Positions 18,528 through 27,658 of a DNA stretch of 64,000 bases are shown piece by piece (positions within the stretch are counted from its first letter, which is position 1; every line of letters begins with the position of its first letter). Source of the DNA: Candidatus Latescibacterota bacterium (GTDB taxonomy: Bacteria > Latescibacterota > UBA2968 > GCA-2709665); contig OZ250150.1 of assembly GCA_965237675.1 (NCBI GenBank), forward strand, positions 4,960,001 to 5,024,000, in the 5' to 3' direction. Made by a program: the position numbers and the translations under genes. Below the pieces are notes generated by a model. The model was not told the DNA's origin, did not search any database, and saw only the letters and a program-made list of their open reading frames with translations.

Positions 18528-20087
18528 ATGGCACTAGCCACATCGGAATTCCAACAACTAACCCGTAAGGACTTCGTTTCGGACCAGGAAGTCCGCTGGT
18601 GTCCCGGCTGTGGGGATTACGCCATTCTGGCACAGATGCAGAGGGTACTTCCCGAACTCGGCATTCCCCGGGAACAGATCGTCTTTATCTCCGGAATTGG
18701 TTGTTCCAGTCGTTTTCCGTATTATATGAACACCTATGGCGTGCACTCGATCCACGGACGTGCGCCAACCCTCGCCTCGGGCCTGAAGGTAGCCAACCCG
18801 GACCTGCATGTGTGGGTGATCACCGGGGACGGGGATGGGCTCTCCATCGGCGGCAACCATCTGCTGCATATTTTGCGCAGAAACGTGAACGTGAACATTA
18901 TCCTCTTCAACAATCGCATCTATGGGCTCACCAAGGGGCAGTACTCCCCCACGTCGTTGCCTGGACACAAGACCTACTCGTCGCCCATGGGCTCCATCGA
19001 ACAGTCCTTCAATCCCATCTCCGTAGCCATTGGCGCTGAGGCCACCTTCGTCGCGCGTTCGGTAGACAGGAATACCAAGCACCTTGCCGAAATGCTCCGT
19101 CGGGCGGCCGCGCACAAGGGCACCTCGTTTGTTGAAATCTATCAGAACTGCAATATTTACAACGATGGCGCATGGTTCCACATCACCGAAGCGGACGTGA
19201 AAGACGACCATACGTTAATTGTCGAACACGGTCAGCCGATGATATTCGGCAAGGAACACGACAAAGGCATCCGGTTGAACGGTCTGGGTCCGGAAGTCGT
19301 GAAGCTTGGCAACGGCACATCCGAAAACGCTCTGTTGGTACACGACGAAACCGCGGATCCGCCCGCGCTGGCTTACATGTTGAGCCGCATGGAATATCCC
19401 AATTTTCCGGTGCCGTTGGGCGTTCTCCGATGCGTGGAACGACCCGTTTACGAAGATCAGATTCTCGCCCAGGGGCGAGAGGCCGTCGAACAGCTTGGGG
19501 ACGCCGATTTGTCCACACTCTATCAGGCCGCGGATACATGGATTGTATCGGAAGAGGATAGCGTACCTGCAGAACGGGATGTCGTCGAGGAGGAAATCTC
19601 GACGGATATCCCCGAAATCATACCGGGAATCGGCGAAGAGGATCCGCTGGCGCCAAAGTCCGAGTTCCAGCGCCTCGTTATCGATCCGATTTCGACCATA
19701 AAGCTCCACATCCCGGAATTTATCGCACCGGGGGCTTCAATGCTGGAGGCCATGGCGCTTATGGAGGAAAAAGACGCCGGCTGTCTCCTGGTTTCTGAAG
19801 ACGGCGTCACCCTTCGAGGCATCCTGGCCGAAGGTGACTTCTTCGTAAAGGTCGTAGGTTACGACATCGACCTGGCTTCTACGCCTGTCGAAGATGTGAT
19901 GACACCCAATCCGATAACCATGAAATTGTCAGACCCTATCGGATACGCGCTGCATTTAATGGACCTGCACGGCTACCGGCATATCCCTGTTGTGGACCAC
20001 GCCGGACGGGCCGTCAAGGTGGTGTCGTTCCGGGCGGCTCTGGAATTCTTCACTCAACTTTACGACAACGGGGCATCGGGAAACTGA
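18528..20087 (+). CDS. korB: 2-oxoacid:ferredoxin oxidoreductase subunit beta fused to a C-terminal CBS pair
   Basis: RBS GGAG and ATG 18528. WCPGCGD, GIGCSS, TPP motif GDGD..NN, QNC, then an acidic linker and CBS motifs (GILAEGD, VMTPNP, GYRHIPVVD). Confidence 0.92.
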   Translation: MALATSEFQQLTRKDFVSDQEVRWCPGCGDYAILAQMQRVLPELGIPREQIVFISGIGCSSRFPYYMNTYGVHSIHGRAPTLASGLKVANPDLHVWVITGDGDGLSIGGNHLLHILRRNVNVNIILFNNRIYGLTKGQYSPTSLPGHKTYSSPMGSIEQSFNPISVAIGAEATFVARSVDRNTKHLAEMLRRAAAHKGTSFVEIYQNCNIYNDGAWFHITEADVKDDHTLIVEHGQPMIFGKEHDKGIRLNGLGPEVVKLGNGTSENALLVHDETADPPALAYMLSRMEYPNFPVPLGVLRCVERPVYEDQILAQGREAVEQLGDADLSTLYQAADTWIVSEEDSVPAERDVVEEEISTDIPEIIPGIGEEDPLAPKSEFQRLVIDPISTIKLHIPEFIAPGASMLEAMALMEEKDAGCLLVSEDGVTLRGILAEGDFFVKVVGYDIDLASTPVEDVMTPNPITMKLSDPIGYALHLMDLHGYRHIPVVDHAGRAVKVVSFRAALEFFTQLYDNGASGN

Positions 20088-20105
20088 CTCAATCTGAATA
20101 AAATG

Positions 20106-20139
20106 AAGCCTCGGACGCTGATGTCCGGGGCTTTTTTTT
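20106..20139 (+). terminator. Intrinsic terminator after korB
   Basis: AAGCCTCGGAC-N6-GTCCGGGGCTT followed by a T run. Confidence 0.85.
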
Positions 20140-20219
20140 ATAGACTTCCGGTGCTCCACAGGGACGAAAACTCCGCCATGTCATTGCGTGAAAGCTGCTG
20201 ACCCTCCCCACCACGTCCC

Positions 20220-20684
20220 TCAGCCGCCCGGTGGCCGCTTGAAGTTCACCTCCGCCACCAGATCCTGTGGAAATTCATCCATCCTTGCCGGACCCAACCG
20301 CTCCACCTCCGCCAGCCCGTGTTCAATTTTCCGTTTCAGTACGCCTACATCCACACCCAGAAACCGGCCGGGAAACTGCTTCAGCTTGAAATAGGAATTA
20401 TTGTAGTGCTTCACCACTCCATGATAGATTCCTCGCTGAAGCTGATGATACGCCGCTGCGAGTTGGATCAGGCCCTGAAAGAAAATCCGGCTCGGCTCGG
20501 TATGGCGCCGCCAGACCTGCTCCCAGGCCTCGTGGCTTTCCCAGTGCTCTTGACTGTTGAAGAGCCTCACACCTCTTTCAAAGTCCATCCAATCCTCCAC
20601 CGACATCGCCGGCTCCACCACGTCCTCGGCGTCGATGCGGTATGCACGCTTCATTCTCGCCAATTTCAGGTCTGGCCTTCCCAC
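20220..20684 (-). CDS. DUF309 family protein
   Basis: GVRLFN..WESHEAWE.VW and FFQGLIQLAAA motifs. Confidence 0.88.
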   Translation of the reverse strand: MGRPDLKLARMKRAYRIDAEDVVEPAMSVEDWMDFERGVRLFNSQEHWESHEAWEQVWRRHTEPSRIFFQGLIQLAAAYHQLQRGIYHGVVKHYNNSYFKLKQFPGRFLGVDVGVLKRKIEHGLAEVERLGPARMDEFPQDLVAEVNFKRPPGG

Positions 20685-20687
20685 GCG

Positions 20688-21425
20688 CTATCCTCCGGCG
20701 TGAATCTCGAGCATGGTCTCCAGCGCGACAAGATGAGCCTGAACTCGCACATCCATCGCCAACGCCGACGGCGTCTCCGACGTAATCAATCGATCCGTAT
20801 ACGCTTGCTTGAACAGCACAATCGGCACGCCGCCGCCAAGTCGCCGCTTTTCCACCTGAAGGTCGGGAAAAATCACCCCGTTTTCCGCAACCTCACCCTC
20901 AATCGTCGGCTGTGTATTCAGCGGACAGACCCTCGACACCCGCCGCGCAATTGTGGGCCCCGCGGGCGCCAACCCGCGAACCTGTTCGTAGAGATAGTAC
21001 CCCGAGCTCTCCCAATCTTCATGCAGATCCATTATCGCTGCAAACTTCCGCCCGCGTATAAACCGCTTGATGACGTGGATTTCCGGCACGTCCTTTCGTA
21101 AAAACGCCCAGTTGATATCCACTTCCCGGGCATTCAGACGGGTATTGTGGACGTAACCATAAGGATTCAAACAGGGAATAACGTGGAATTGGAACCGATC
21201 CAGCCACCGCTCCGGCGGCGCCTCGAGGAATGTCAGTGCCCCTTCCAACCCGGCCGGTTCGTCGCCATGTGTCCCGCCGTTGATGTATACCGCGGGTCGC
21301 GACGGATCCGTGCAAAGGGAAATACAAAAAACAGGATACCCGTTTATACGGTCCAGCACGTCAACACGGGTACCCCGGCTCGAAAGCGCCTCGGTGCGCT
21401 CAACCACCTGATTGTAGTCGCGCAT
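20688..21425 (-). CDS. M14 metallocarboxypeptidase / succinylglutamate desuccinylase family
   Basis: GTHGDEPAG, PCLNPYG..TRLN, DLHED and ETP motifs. Confidence 0.88.
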   Translation of the reverse strand: MRDYNQVVERTEALSSRGTRVDVLDRINGYPVFCISLCTDPSRPAVYINGGTHGDEPAGLEGALTFLEAPPERWLDRFQFHVIPCLNPYGYVHNTRLNAREVDINWAFLRKDVPEIHVIKRFIRGRKFAAIMDLHEDWESSGYYLYEQVRGLAPAGPTIARRVSRVCPLNTQPTIEGEVAENGVIFPDLQVEKRRLGGGVPIVLFKQAYTDRLITSETPSALAMDVRVQAHLVALETMLEIHAGG

Positions 21426-21608
21426 GACGACCGAACCTCTGCCCTGGTTTAACCAAAACACCCATAGATCTCCGGGGCCCCCGGCGCCGCTCTGCCCCGG
21501 GCCTGCGCCGGGTCGCTGACGGCGTCGGCCGGAGTCTTCCGCGCGCCCCGTTTTGCCGCAACGTTCGGCCTCGGGTACAAGAACTCGACAATCTGGAAAT
21601 CACGCAAC

Positions 21609-22928
21609 TCAAGCAAACATCTCCTTGCCAAGTGTAATACCGTGCGCTTTAACAGGATCTTCGGTTCTTCCGACTCGCTGCAGCCGGCGGGATAACTCCG
21701 AGGCCAGGATGTCACCCATCTCCTTCGTCCTGTCGGGCAGATCCCGTGCCAGATTGCGTTGCTCAGCGGGATCGCTCTTCAAATCATACAGTTCCCTCAT
21801 GGGATTGCCGTAAAAATCGGGCTCCCGGGCGACAATCAGCTTCCATCCGCCTTCGCACACGGCCCATTTGGCCATCCAGGTGCACTCCTGCGTAAGCAGC
21901 AGTTCCTCGTCTCCACCAACCGCCTCGCCCCGAATCAACGGGAGCATCGAACGTCCATCCATCTCGTGCGGGACCGGCAGTTGGGCTCCTTCGAGGATCG
22001 TCGGCGCAAGATCCGTGTGTTGAACCAGTGACCGGACGCGGGTTCCGTTCAGGTCCACACCCGGCCAGCGTACGATTAACGGCACCCGGATATCACTCTC
22101 GTACAATCCATGGTGATCAAAGTAAATGCCGTGCTCACCCAATTCCTCGCCGTGATCGCTGAAAATAAACACAGCGGTTTCGTCGGCGACACCAATCTCA
22201 TCAAGCGCGCCCAGCAACTCCTGGATTCCGTCGTCCACACACCGTACCTCCGCATCGTACTGTCTGCGCACAAATTCGATATCGGTAATCCGGGCGCCCT
22301 CCGCATCCGGCCACTCGGACGCCATCTGCCCAAGCCAGCCGGAGACCCACCAGTTCCTCAGGGGCCGCCGGTAAAAAGCGTCGAGGCTGCCCCTGTTGCG
22401 AACGGTCGGATCACCCGAATAAAAAAGCTCCCGATACCGGACGGGAGGCATGTAGGGTGTGTGAGGATCCCAATAGTGTACGAAGAGAAAAAATGGCTCG
22501 CGGCCCCGGCATTTCAACCACTCAACGGCAAGCTCGTTAAACCGAAAACAATTCGGATACGTCCCCGACTCCCGTGGATTCAGACAGACATCGAATCCTC
22601 TTGAAAACCAGGGTTTGTGATGTTCCGCCAGATTGTCCACCGCCACCGTCGCGTACCCGGCCTGTTGCAGGAATTCGGGCAGGAACGGCGCCTTCTCATC
22701 CAAAGACCATCGGCCGCGGTGCGCCACGATCCCATGTGTGGTCGACCACTGCCCGGTGAACATGGTCGTAAATGAGGGTTGCGTGGGAATTGAGGGCGCA
22801 TAGCAATTCTCGAACACCGCCGAATGGCATGCGAATTTATCCACAAACGGAGTGGTTGGCCGGCCATAGCCGTAGCATCCGAGTCGATCAGCTCGCAGGC
22901 TGTCGACGCCGATCATCAGGAAATTCAT
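21609..22928 (-). CDS. Sulfatase-like hydrolase (alkaline phosphatase superfamily, Thr at the nucleophile position)
   Basis: DSLRAD, PTQPSFTTMFTG, HYWDPH and SDHGE motifs. Confidence 0.88.
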   Translation of the reverse strand: MNFLMIGVDSLRADRLGCYGYGRPTTPFVDKFACHSAVFENCYAPSIPTQPSFTTMFTGQWSTTHGIVAHRGRWSLDEKAPFLPEFLQQAGYATVAVDNLAEHHKPWFSRGFDVCLNPRESGTYPNCFRFNELAVEWLKCRGREPFFLFVHYWDPHTPYMPPVRYRELFYSGDPTVRNRGSLDAFYRRPLRNWWVSGWLGQMASEWPDAEGARITDIEFVRRQYDAEVRCVDDGIQELLGALDEIGVADETAVFIFSDHGEELGEHGIYFDHHGLYESDIRVPLIVRWPGVDLNGTRVRSLVQHTDLAPTILEGAQLPVPHEMDGRSMLPLIRGEAVGGDEELLLTQECTWMAKWAVCEGGWKLIVAREPDFYGNPMRELYDLKSDPAEQRNLARDLPDRTKEMGDILASELSRRLQRVGRTEDPVKAHGITLGKEMFA

Positions 22929-22971
22929 ACGCACGCTTTCACAATGCATCCACACGGCCGATGTCACACGG

Positions 22972-23865
22972 TCATTCCGCCGCGGTCTCTCCCGCCCGAT
23001 CCACCCAATCCTCGAATTTCAACCCTCCGGACAGACGCCAGCCCGTCAGGTAAAGCGACGCGGTAAACCTCGCCGCCTCCATGGCACGTTCCGTACCAAA
23101 GGCCACCACCTCGGGGGCGGGCGACCACGCTCCTTCGCCCGCAGGCGGCAGCCGATCAGCCAGGCCATAAACAGAATCGATGAACGAACTGCTGTTCTTG
23201 ATCTGTGCGGAAATTCCAACCATCAGGCTGTCCAACGCCGCCGGCGGCTGACCCCTGGCCAGGTCACCGGGGGTCAGGTCAAGCCTGCGGATCAGATCGT
23301 CCACTTTGGAATGTATTCCCGTAAATTGCAAGGCGCCATCCGCCCCCGGCCGCCCGTCATAGTACATTGTCACATGCAGCGGCTGGCACAGGTCCTGTGC
23401 GTAATGCGCGATGAAGCCCGCATATACCAGACATTTCTGCCGGATATATGGATTCCCGGGCCAGCGCCGGTGCTCTGCGAATGCCACCGCCAGCCTCTGC
23501 GTCCATTCGGCTACCGCATAGGGGAGAAAACCCACTTTGTCCGGCGCGACGCCCTGGTTTGCGCATAACTGCATGAATCCGTTCCGGTCGGCGGGCAGCG
23601 TCGGATCCTTCAACCGTTCCGGATTGTAATAATGCTCCGGACCCTCCGCATGCCGCACGATCGGCGTGCCGCGATTTTTCGCCAGGTCCGGGTCCCATAC
23701 GTAGTGCGCGATGGCGTCTCCACCGGCCCGAAAGAACCCCGGCACCTCCTCCGGAAGAGAAGCTACGGCAGCCGTGCTGATGATACTGTGCCCACGAACC
23801 CACCAACCCCGGGCTGCGCCGGTTTGCAAAACGACCAGCAATAGGACACCAAGACACCTTGCCAT
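22972..23865 (-). CDS. Secreted S1/P1 nuclease / phospholipase C fold protein
   Basis: Signal peptide ending ARG, mature N-terminus W..GH, PD, HY and HYAQDLCQPLH Zn ligands. Confidence 0.8.
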   Translation of the reverse strand: MARCLGVLLLVVLQTGAARGWWVRGHSIISTAAVASLPEEVPGFFRAGGDAIAHYVWDPDLAKNRGTPIVRHAEGPEHYYNPERLKDPTLPADRNGFMQLCANQGVAPDKVGFLPYAVAEWTQRLAVAFAEHRRWPGNPYIRQKCLVYAGFIAHYAQDLCQPLHVTMYYDGRPGADGALQFTGIHSKVDDLIRRLDLTPGDLARGQPPAALDSLMVGISAQIKNSSSFIDSVYGLADRLPPAGEGAWSPAPEVVAFGTERAMEAARFTASLYLTGWRLSGGLKFEDWVDRAGETAAE

Positions 23866-23938
23866 ATTCGACCTCGTGTAGTCGTATCACCTTTTGCGCG
23901 GAACCCGCGTAAGACACCGCTTTCGGTTTCCGAATCCG

Positions 23939-23967
23939 AAGTTACATCGGAGCGTGTCTTTTGTCAA
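23939..23967 (-). promoter_or_regulatory. Sigma70-like promoter of the S1/P1 nuclease gene
   Basis: Minus strand TTGACA-N17-TAACTT. Confidence 0.5.
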
Positions 23968-23980
23968 CGACACGTTAGCA

Positions 23981-24012
23981 GAAGCGGGGGCCTCGCGTGA
24001 GACCCCCGCTTC
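23981..24012 (-). terminator. Hairpin downstream of tRNA-Sec
   Basis: GAAGCGGGGGCCTC/GAGACCCCCGCTTC inverted repeat 7 nt past the CCA. Confidence 0.6.
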
Positions 24013-24018
24013 CGATGA

Positions 24019-24116
24019 TGGCGGGAATGTGTGGGAATCGAACCCACCCAGCGAGGGATTAGCACGCCGCAACGGGTTTGAAGCCCGCGAGGGCCACCAG
24101 TGCCCCATCCACTCCC
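24019..24116 (-). tRNA. selC: tRNA-Sec (anticodon TCA)
   Basis: 98 nt GGGAGTGG..CTTCAAA anticodon loop, long variable arm, GTGGGTTCGATTCCCAC T arm, GCCA end. Directly downstream of selB. Confidence 0.95.
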
Positions 24117-24246
24117 GCACAATGAGCAGGTTGCCGGCGATCGTGGCATCCCGATGTGTGGTACGGCAAAGCGATCCACAGCGACTGAAATCCTACCAGA
24201 AACCTTAGCGTAGCAAGCGATTCGATCCCTGAATCGACGCTTGCGT

Positions 24247-26145
24247 CTATCCCGCCAGCACCCTGACGTCCCCCTTCCTCATTGTGACGCCCTTATTGTC
24301 GAAATAGTTCAACAACGGAACCGCGTATTTGCGCGTGGTGCCGACCAGATCACGGAAGGCCGAAACACTCATTTCCCGGTGTCGTTGCAGATAATCCAAG
24401 AGCCCTTGTTCAATCTCCTCCAGCGTGTGTGGAGGAAACATCAGATTCTCGTCGAGCCTCACAATCTCCCTCATGGCCTGCATGGCGGCCGCAACAGCGT
24501 GAACTTCCGCAGAATTGTGCGCAAGTCGGGTGCCAATCTCGTTCAGATCCGGAGGCGCCGCCCGTCCCGCGTTCAGAAGCTCCAGAATCTCCTTTCTGAT
24601 CCTGCGCTGTTCCCCCGTGAAGCGGATCCGGTGATCGGCCATACGCAAAAGGGGACCCACCGGCATCAACACGTTCTGCGAAAGCAGACCATCGATTGCG
24701 CGCTCAAAAAGACCCATGGGCGGCTCTCCCGCCACCCGGAGGCGAAGTTCGTTGCGTGAAACCCCCGTCTTGAGCGGGTTGGCCCGATGGTAGACCGACA
24801 ACGCATCCTTTGTACGCTGCAGAAGCAACTGCCACGAGTCCGCATGGACGTAAATGACCTCTCCGGCGTGGTGAAAGTCGCGAGCCTCTCCTTCCGCCAG
24901 CAGACCCTGCAGCCGATCGTTTGTCTCGGACAGGGACAGACCCAACGCCGCCGCGAGGTCTCTGGCGGAAAGCGCCCGAAAACCCGCCGCCCTCAACCGA
25001 AATCCCAGCACCCGGGTCGGATCCTCAACCTCGAACCCCCGCAGCCTCTCCAGCGTGTCCTCTCGAAAACGTCGATGCTTAACCGGTTGCGCATCCAGCA
25101 CCACCCCGCCACCCAGCGTCTGTACGGGCGAATAACGTCGGATCACATAACGGTCTCCCTGGGCGGCCACGCCGCGCCCCTCCAGGCGGAACTGCACCAA
25201 CTGGGACTCGCCGGGATGCAACTCGTCCGTCTCCAGGAGGATCACACGCGCGAGCACTTCGCGAGGTCCGAGGTGCAGATGCACACGCGCCCGATTTTTC
25301 AGCGATGCCGGCGCATCCTTCAGCAACCACAGGCGCGCGTCTAGCATATAGGTAGAACTGAAATAACCCTGCTGAGCCAGAAAATCGCCCCGCGTGACCT
25401 GATCCAGTTCCGTATCGGCCAGATTGATCGCCGCTCGATGACCAACGTGAGCCGAGTCCACGTCCCGGCCGTGCACCTGCACCCCACGCACACGTACAGC
25501 CCGGTCGGCCGGCTGAAGCATCACCACGTCCTTCACCCGAACCTGGCCGGAAAGTACGGTGCCGGTCACGACCGTACCAAACCCCCGGATCGAGAATGCC
25601 CGATCCACGGGCAGGCGGAACACCCCGCGATCCGGACGCGCCTCGACCTTCTCAATTTCCTCCTCCAGCAATGTCCGAAGGTTCTCAATCCCCTCGCCGG
25701 TCACCGCAGACACCGGCACAACCGGCGCGCCATCCAAGAACGTCCCTTCAAACAGATCGCGCAAATCCTCCACCACCAGATCGGCCCAATCCGGCTCCGC
25801 CAGATCAACCTTATTCAGCGCCACAACGCCCCGGCGCACGCCCAGCAGATTCAGAATACCCAGATGTTCACGTGTCTGGGGCATGGCACCGTCATCCGCC
25901 GCGACCACAAACAACGCGAGGTCCACGGTGCACACGCCCGTCACCATATTCTTTATAAACCGTTCGTGACCGGGCACATCGATTATTGTGACATGGTCCT
26001 TCCAGTATGCAAATCCGATATCGATCGTGACCCCTCTGTCCTTCTCCTGCGGGAGCGTATCCGTATCGATACCCGTCAGCGCCTTGACCAGCGCTGTCTT
26101 GCCATGATCGATATGGCCTGCCGTACCGATGATCACGTGTGACAT
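24247..26145 (-). CDS. selB: Selenocysteine-specific elongation factor SelB
   Basis: GTAGHIDHGKT, DVPGHE and NKVD motifs, C-terminal winged helix TRKYAVPLL. Confidence 0.96.
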   Translation of the reverse strand: MSHVIIGTAGHIDHGKTALVKALTGIDTDTLPQEKDRGVTIDIGFAYWKDHVTIIDVPGHERFIKNMVTGVCTVDLALFVVAADDGAMPQTREHLGILNLLGVRRGVVALNKVDLAEPDWADLVVEDLRDLFEGTFLDGAPVVPVSAVTGEGIENLRTLLEEEIEKVEARPDRGVFRLPVDRAFSIRGFGTVVTGTVLSGQVRVKDVVMLQPADRAVRVRGVQVHGRDVDSAHVGHRAAINLADTELDQVTRGDFLAQQGYFSSTYMLDARLWLLKDAPASLKNRARVHLHLGPREVLARVILLETDELHPGESQLVQFRLEGRGVAAQGDRYVIRRYSPVQTLGGGVVLDAQPVKHRRFREDTLERLRGFEVEDPTRVLGFRLRAAGFRALSARDLAAALGLSLSETNDRLQGLLAEGEARDFHHAGEVIYVHADSWQLLLQRTKDALSVYHRANPLKTGVSRNELRLRVAGEPPMGLFERAIDGLLSQNVLMPVGPLLRMADHRIRFTGEQRRIRKEILELLNAGRAAPPDLNEIGTRLAHNSAEVHAVAAAMQAMREIVRLDENLMFPPHTLEEIEQGLLDYLQRHREMSVSAFRDLVGTTRKYAVPLLNYFDNKGVTMRKGDVRVLAG

Positions 26146-27566
26146 GAGATTGACTCCACACCGTCCTCCACCGCCCGGCGCAACGCCGCCTCGACGTGGC
26201 GCAACTCACGCGCAGCCACCGTCCGCAAATCCAGAAACAGTCGACCATCCCGCACATATCCGAGTACCGGGGGGGCGTCTGCACGGAGTCGGGCCGCCAG
26301 AGCGGCCACGGATCCGCCCTTTAAGGACACACGTAGCGCCACGCTTGAGATCTCCTCCAGCGGCATGGCGCCGCTTCCCGCCTGAGCGACTGAATCCACC
26401 AGTTCAACCCGCAGCCCTCGATCCGCCAGGTGACTCAGCCGCGACACGCTCCGCCTGCCCCGTCGCTTCAGTCTTGCGACAGGCTCAGTCAACATTCGGA
26501 GCGCGGGATGCGCCGGCAACAATTCTTTCGGATTCAAGAAAAGCCTCAACGTGGCCGCCAGCGCGGCGTAGGTCAGTTTACCGCACCGCAACGCCCGCAT
26601 AAGCGGATTCCGGTGGATCCTCTCGATGGCGTCTTTACGCCCCACCAGAATGCCCGCCTGCGGGCCGCCCAACACCTTGTCGGCGCTGAAGGTCACCACG
26701 TCGGCCCCAGCCGTCACGCTGTCCGACACCAGGGGCTCGTGCGGCAGACCGAACTCGCGCATGTCCACCAGAACTCCGCCTCCCAGATCGTGGGCTACGG
26801 CCACGCCGTGCCGCTTACCCAGCGCAACCAGATCCGCCAGTGATACCGCCGCCGTATACCCCATCACCTTGTAATTGCTCGGATGCACCGCCAGCATCAG
26901 TCCCGAGCGCCCGGTCAGGGCCGCCTCATAATCCTGCAGGTGTGTCCGGTTGGTCGTGCCTACCTCAACCAACGCCGCGCCGCTTCGCTCCATGAGTTCC
27001 GGAATGCGAAAGGATCCCCCGATTTCGATCAATTCGCCTCGTGAGACCAACGCCTCTCTACCCAGACAGAGCGAATTCAGCGTCAACAATACCGCGGCCG
27101 CGTTATTATTTACCACGGCCGCCGCTTCGGCGCCCGTTAACGCGCACAACAACTCCTCAACCAGCGCCGTTCGGGACCCGCGACGGCCGGAGTCCAGATC
27201 CACCTCCAGATTGCTATACCCCTCGGCAACCCGTGCAACCGCCCGGGCGGCCGCATCAGCCAATGGCGCGCGTCCCAGGTTCGTGTGCAACACGATTCCC
27301 GTGGCGTTCACAACCCGCTTCAGAACGGGCTCTGCAATGCGCGCCACGCGCAGGCAAGCCTCGCGCACCACCCCCGCCACGAGCGCATCCCGGGATTCAC
27401 CGATGGGGTCACCACGGCGCATGGCCTCGCGGACGGCGTCGATGCCCTCGCGCACGTAACGCGTGACCACAGGCTGATTGCACCGTTCGCACAACGCCCG
27501 CACCTCAGGCTCGGCCAGTACCGCATCGACCGAAGGAATCAGAGATAAGTTGGCCTGTTCCCCCAT
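26133..27566 (-). CDS. selA: L-seryl-tRNA(Sec) selenium transferase SelA
   Basis: NATGIVLHTNLGRA, VNNNAAA, EIGGSFRIP and FSADKVLGGPQAG motifs. RBS GGGAG before ATG 27566. Confidence 0.96.
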   Translation of the reverse strand: MGEQANLSLIPSVDAVLAEPEVRALCERCNQPVVTRYVREGIDAVREAMRRGDPIGESRDALVAGVVREACLRVARIAEPVLKRVVNATGIVLHTNLGRAPLADAAARAVARVAEGYSNLEVDLDSGRRGSRTALVEELLCALTGAEAAAVVNNNAAAVLLTLNSLCLGREALVSRGELIEIGGSFRIPELMERSGAALVEVGTTNRTHLQDYEAALTGRSGLMLAVHPSNYKVMGYTAAVSLADLVALGKRHGVAVAHDLGGGVLVDMREFGLPHEPLVSDSVTAGADVVTFSADKVLGGPQAGILVGRKDAIERIHRNPLMRALRCGKLTYAALAATLRLFLNPKELLPAHPALRMLTEPVARLKRRGRRSVSRLSHLADRGLRVELVDSVAQAGSGAMPLEEISSVALRVSLKGGSVAALAARLRADAPPVLGYVRDGRLFLDLRTVAARELRHVEAALRRAVEDGVESISCHT

Positions 27567-27658
27567 GGTTCTCCCGAAAACGGGCGCCATTCACACGATA
27601 CAGGGCGCAACAACGAACGTGGACGGGGAGGCGTTCAGCGCCTCCGGACGGTCGGCTT

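Noticed and set aside
21449-21608. GC-rich hairpins as a possible ncRNA or riboswitch
   Set aside because: Short stems are expected at this GC content and no conserved motif was recognised.
24019-24116. Genomic island integrated at tRNA-Sec
   Set aside because: No integrase and no duplicate of the tRNA 3' end were seen.
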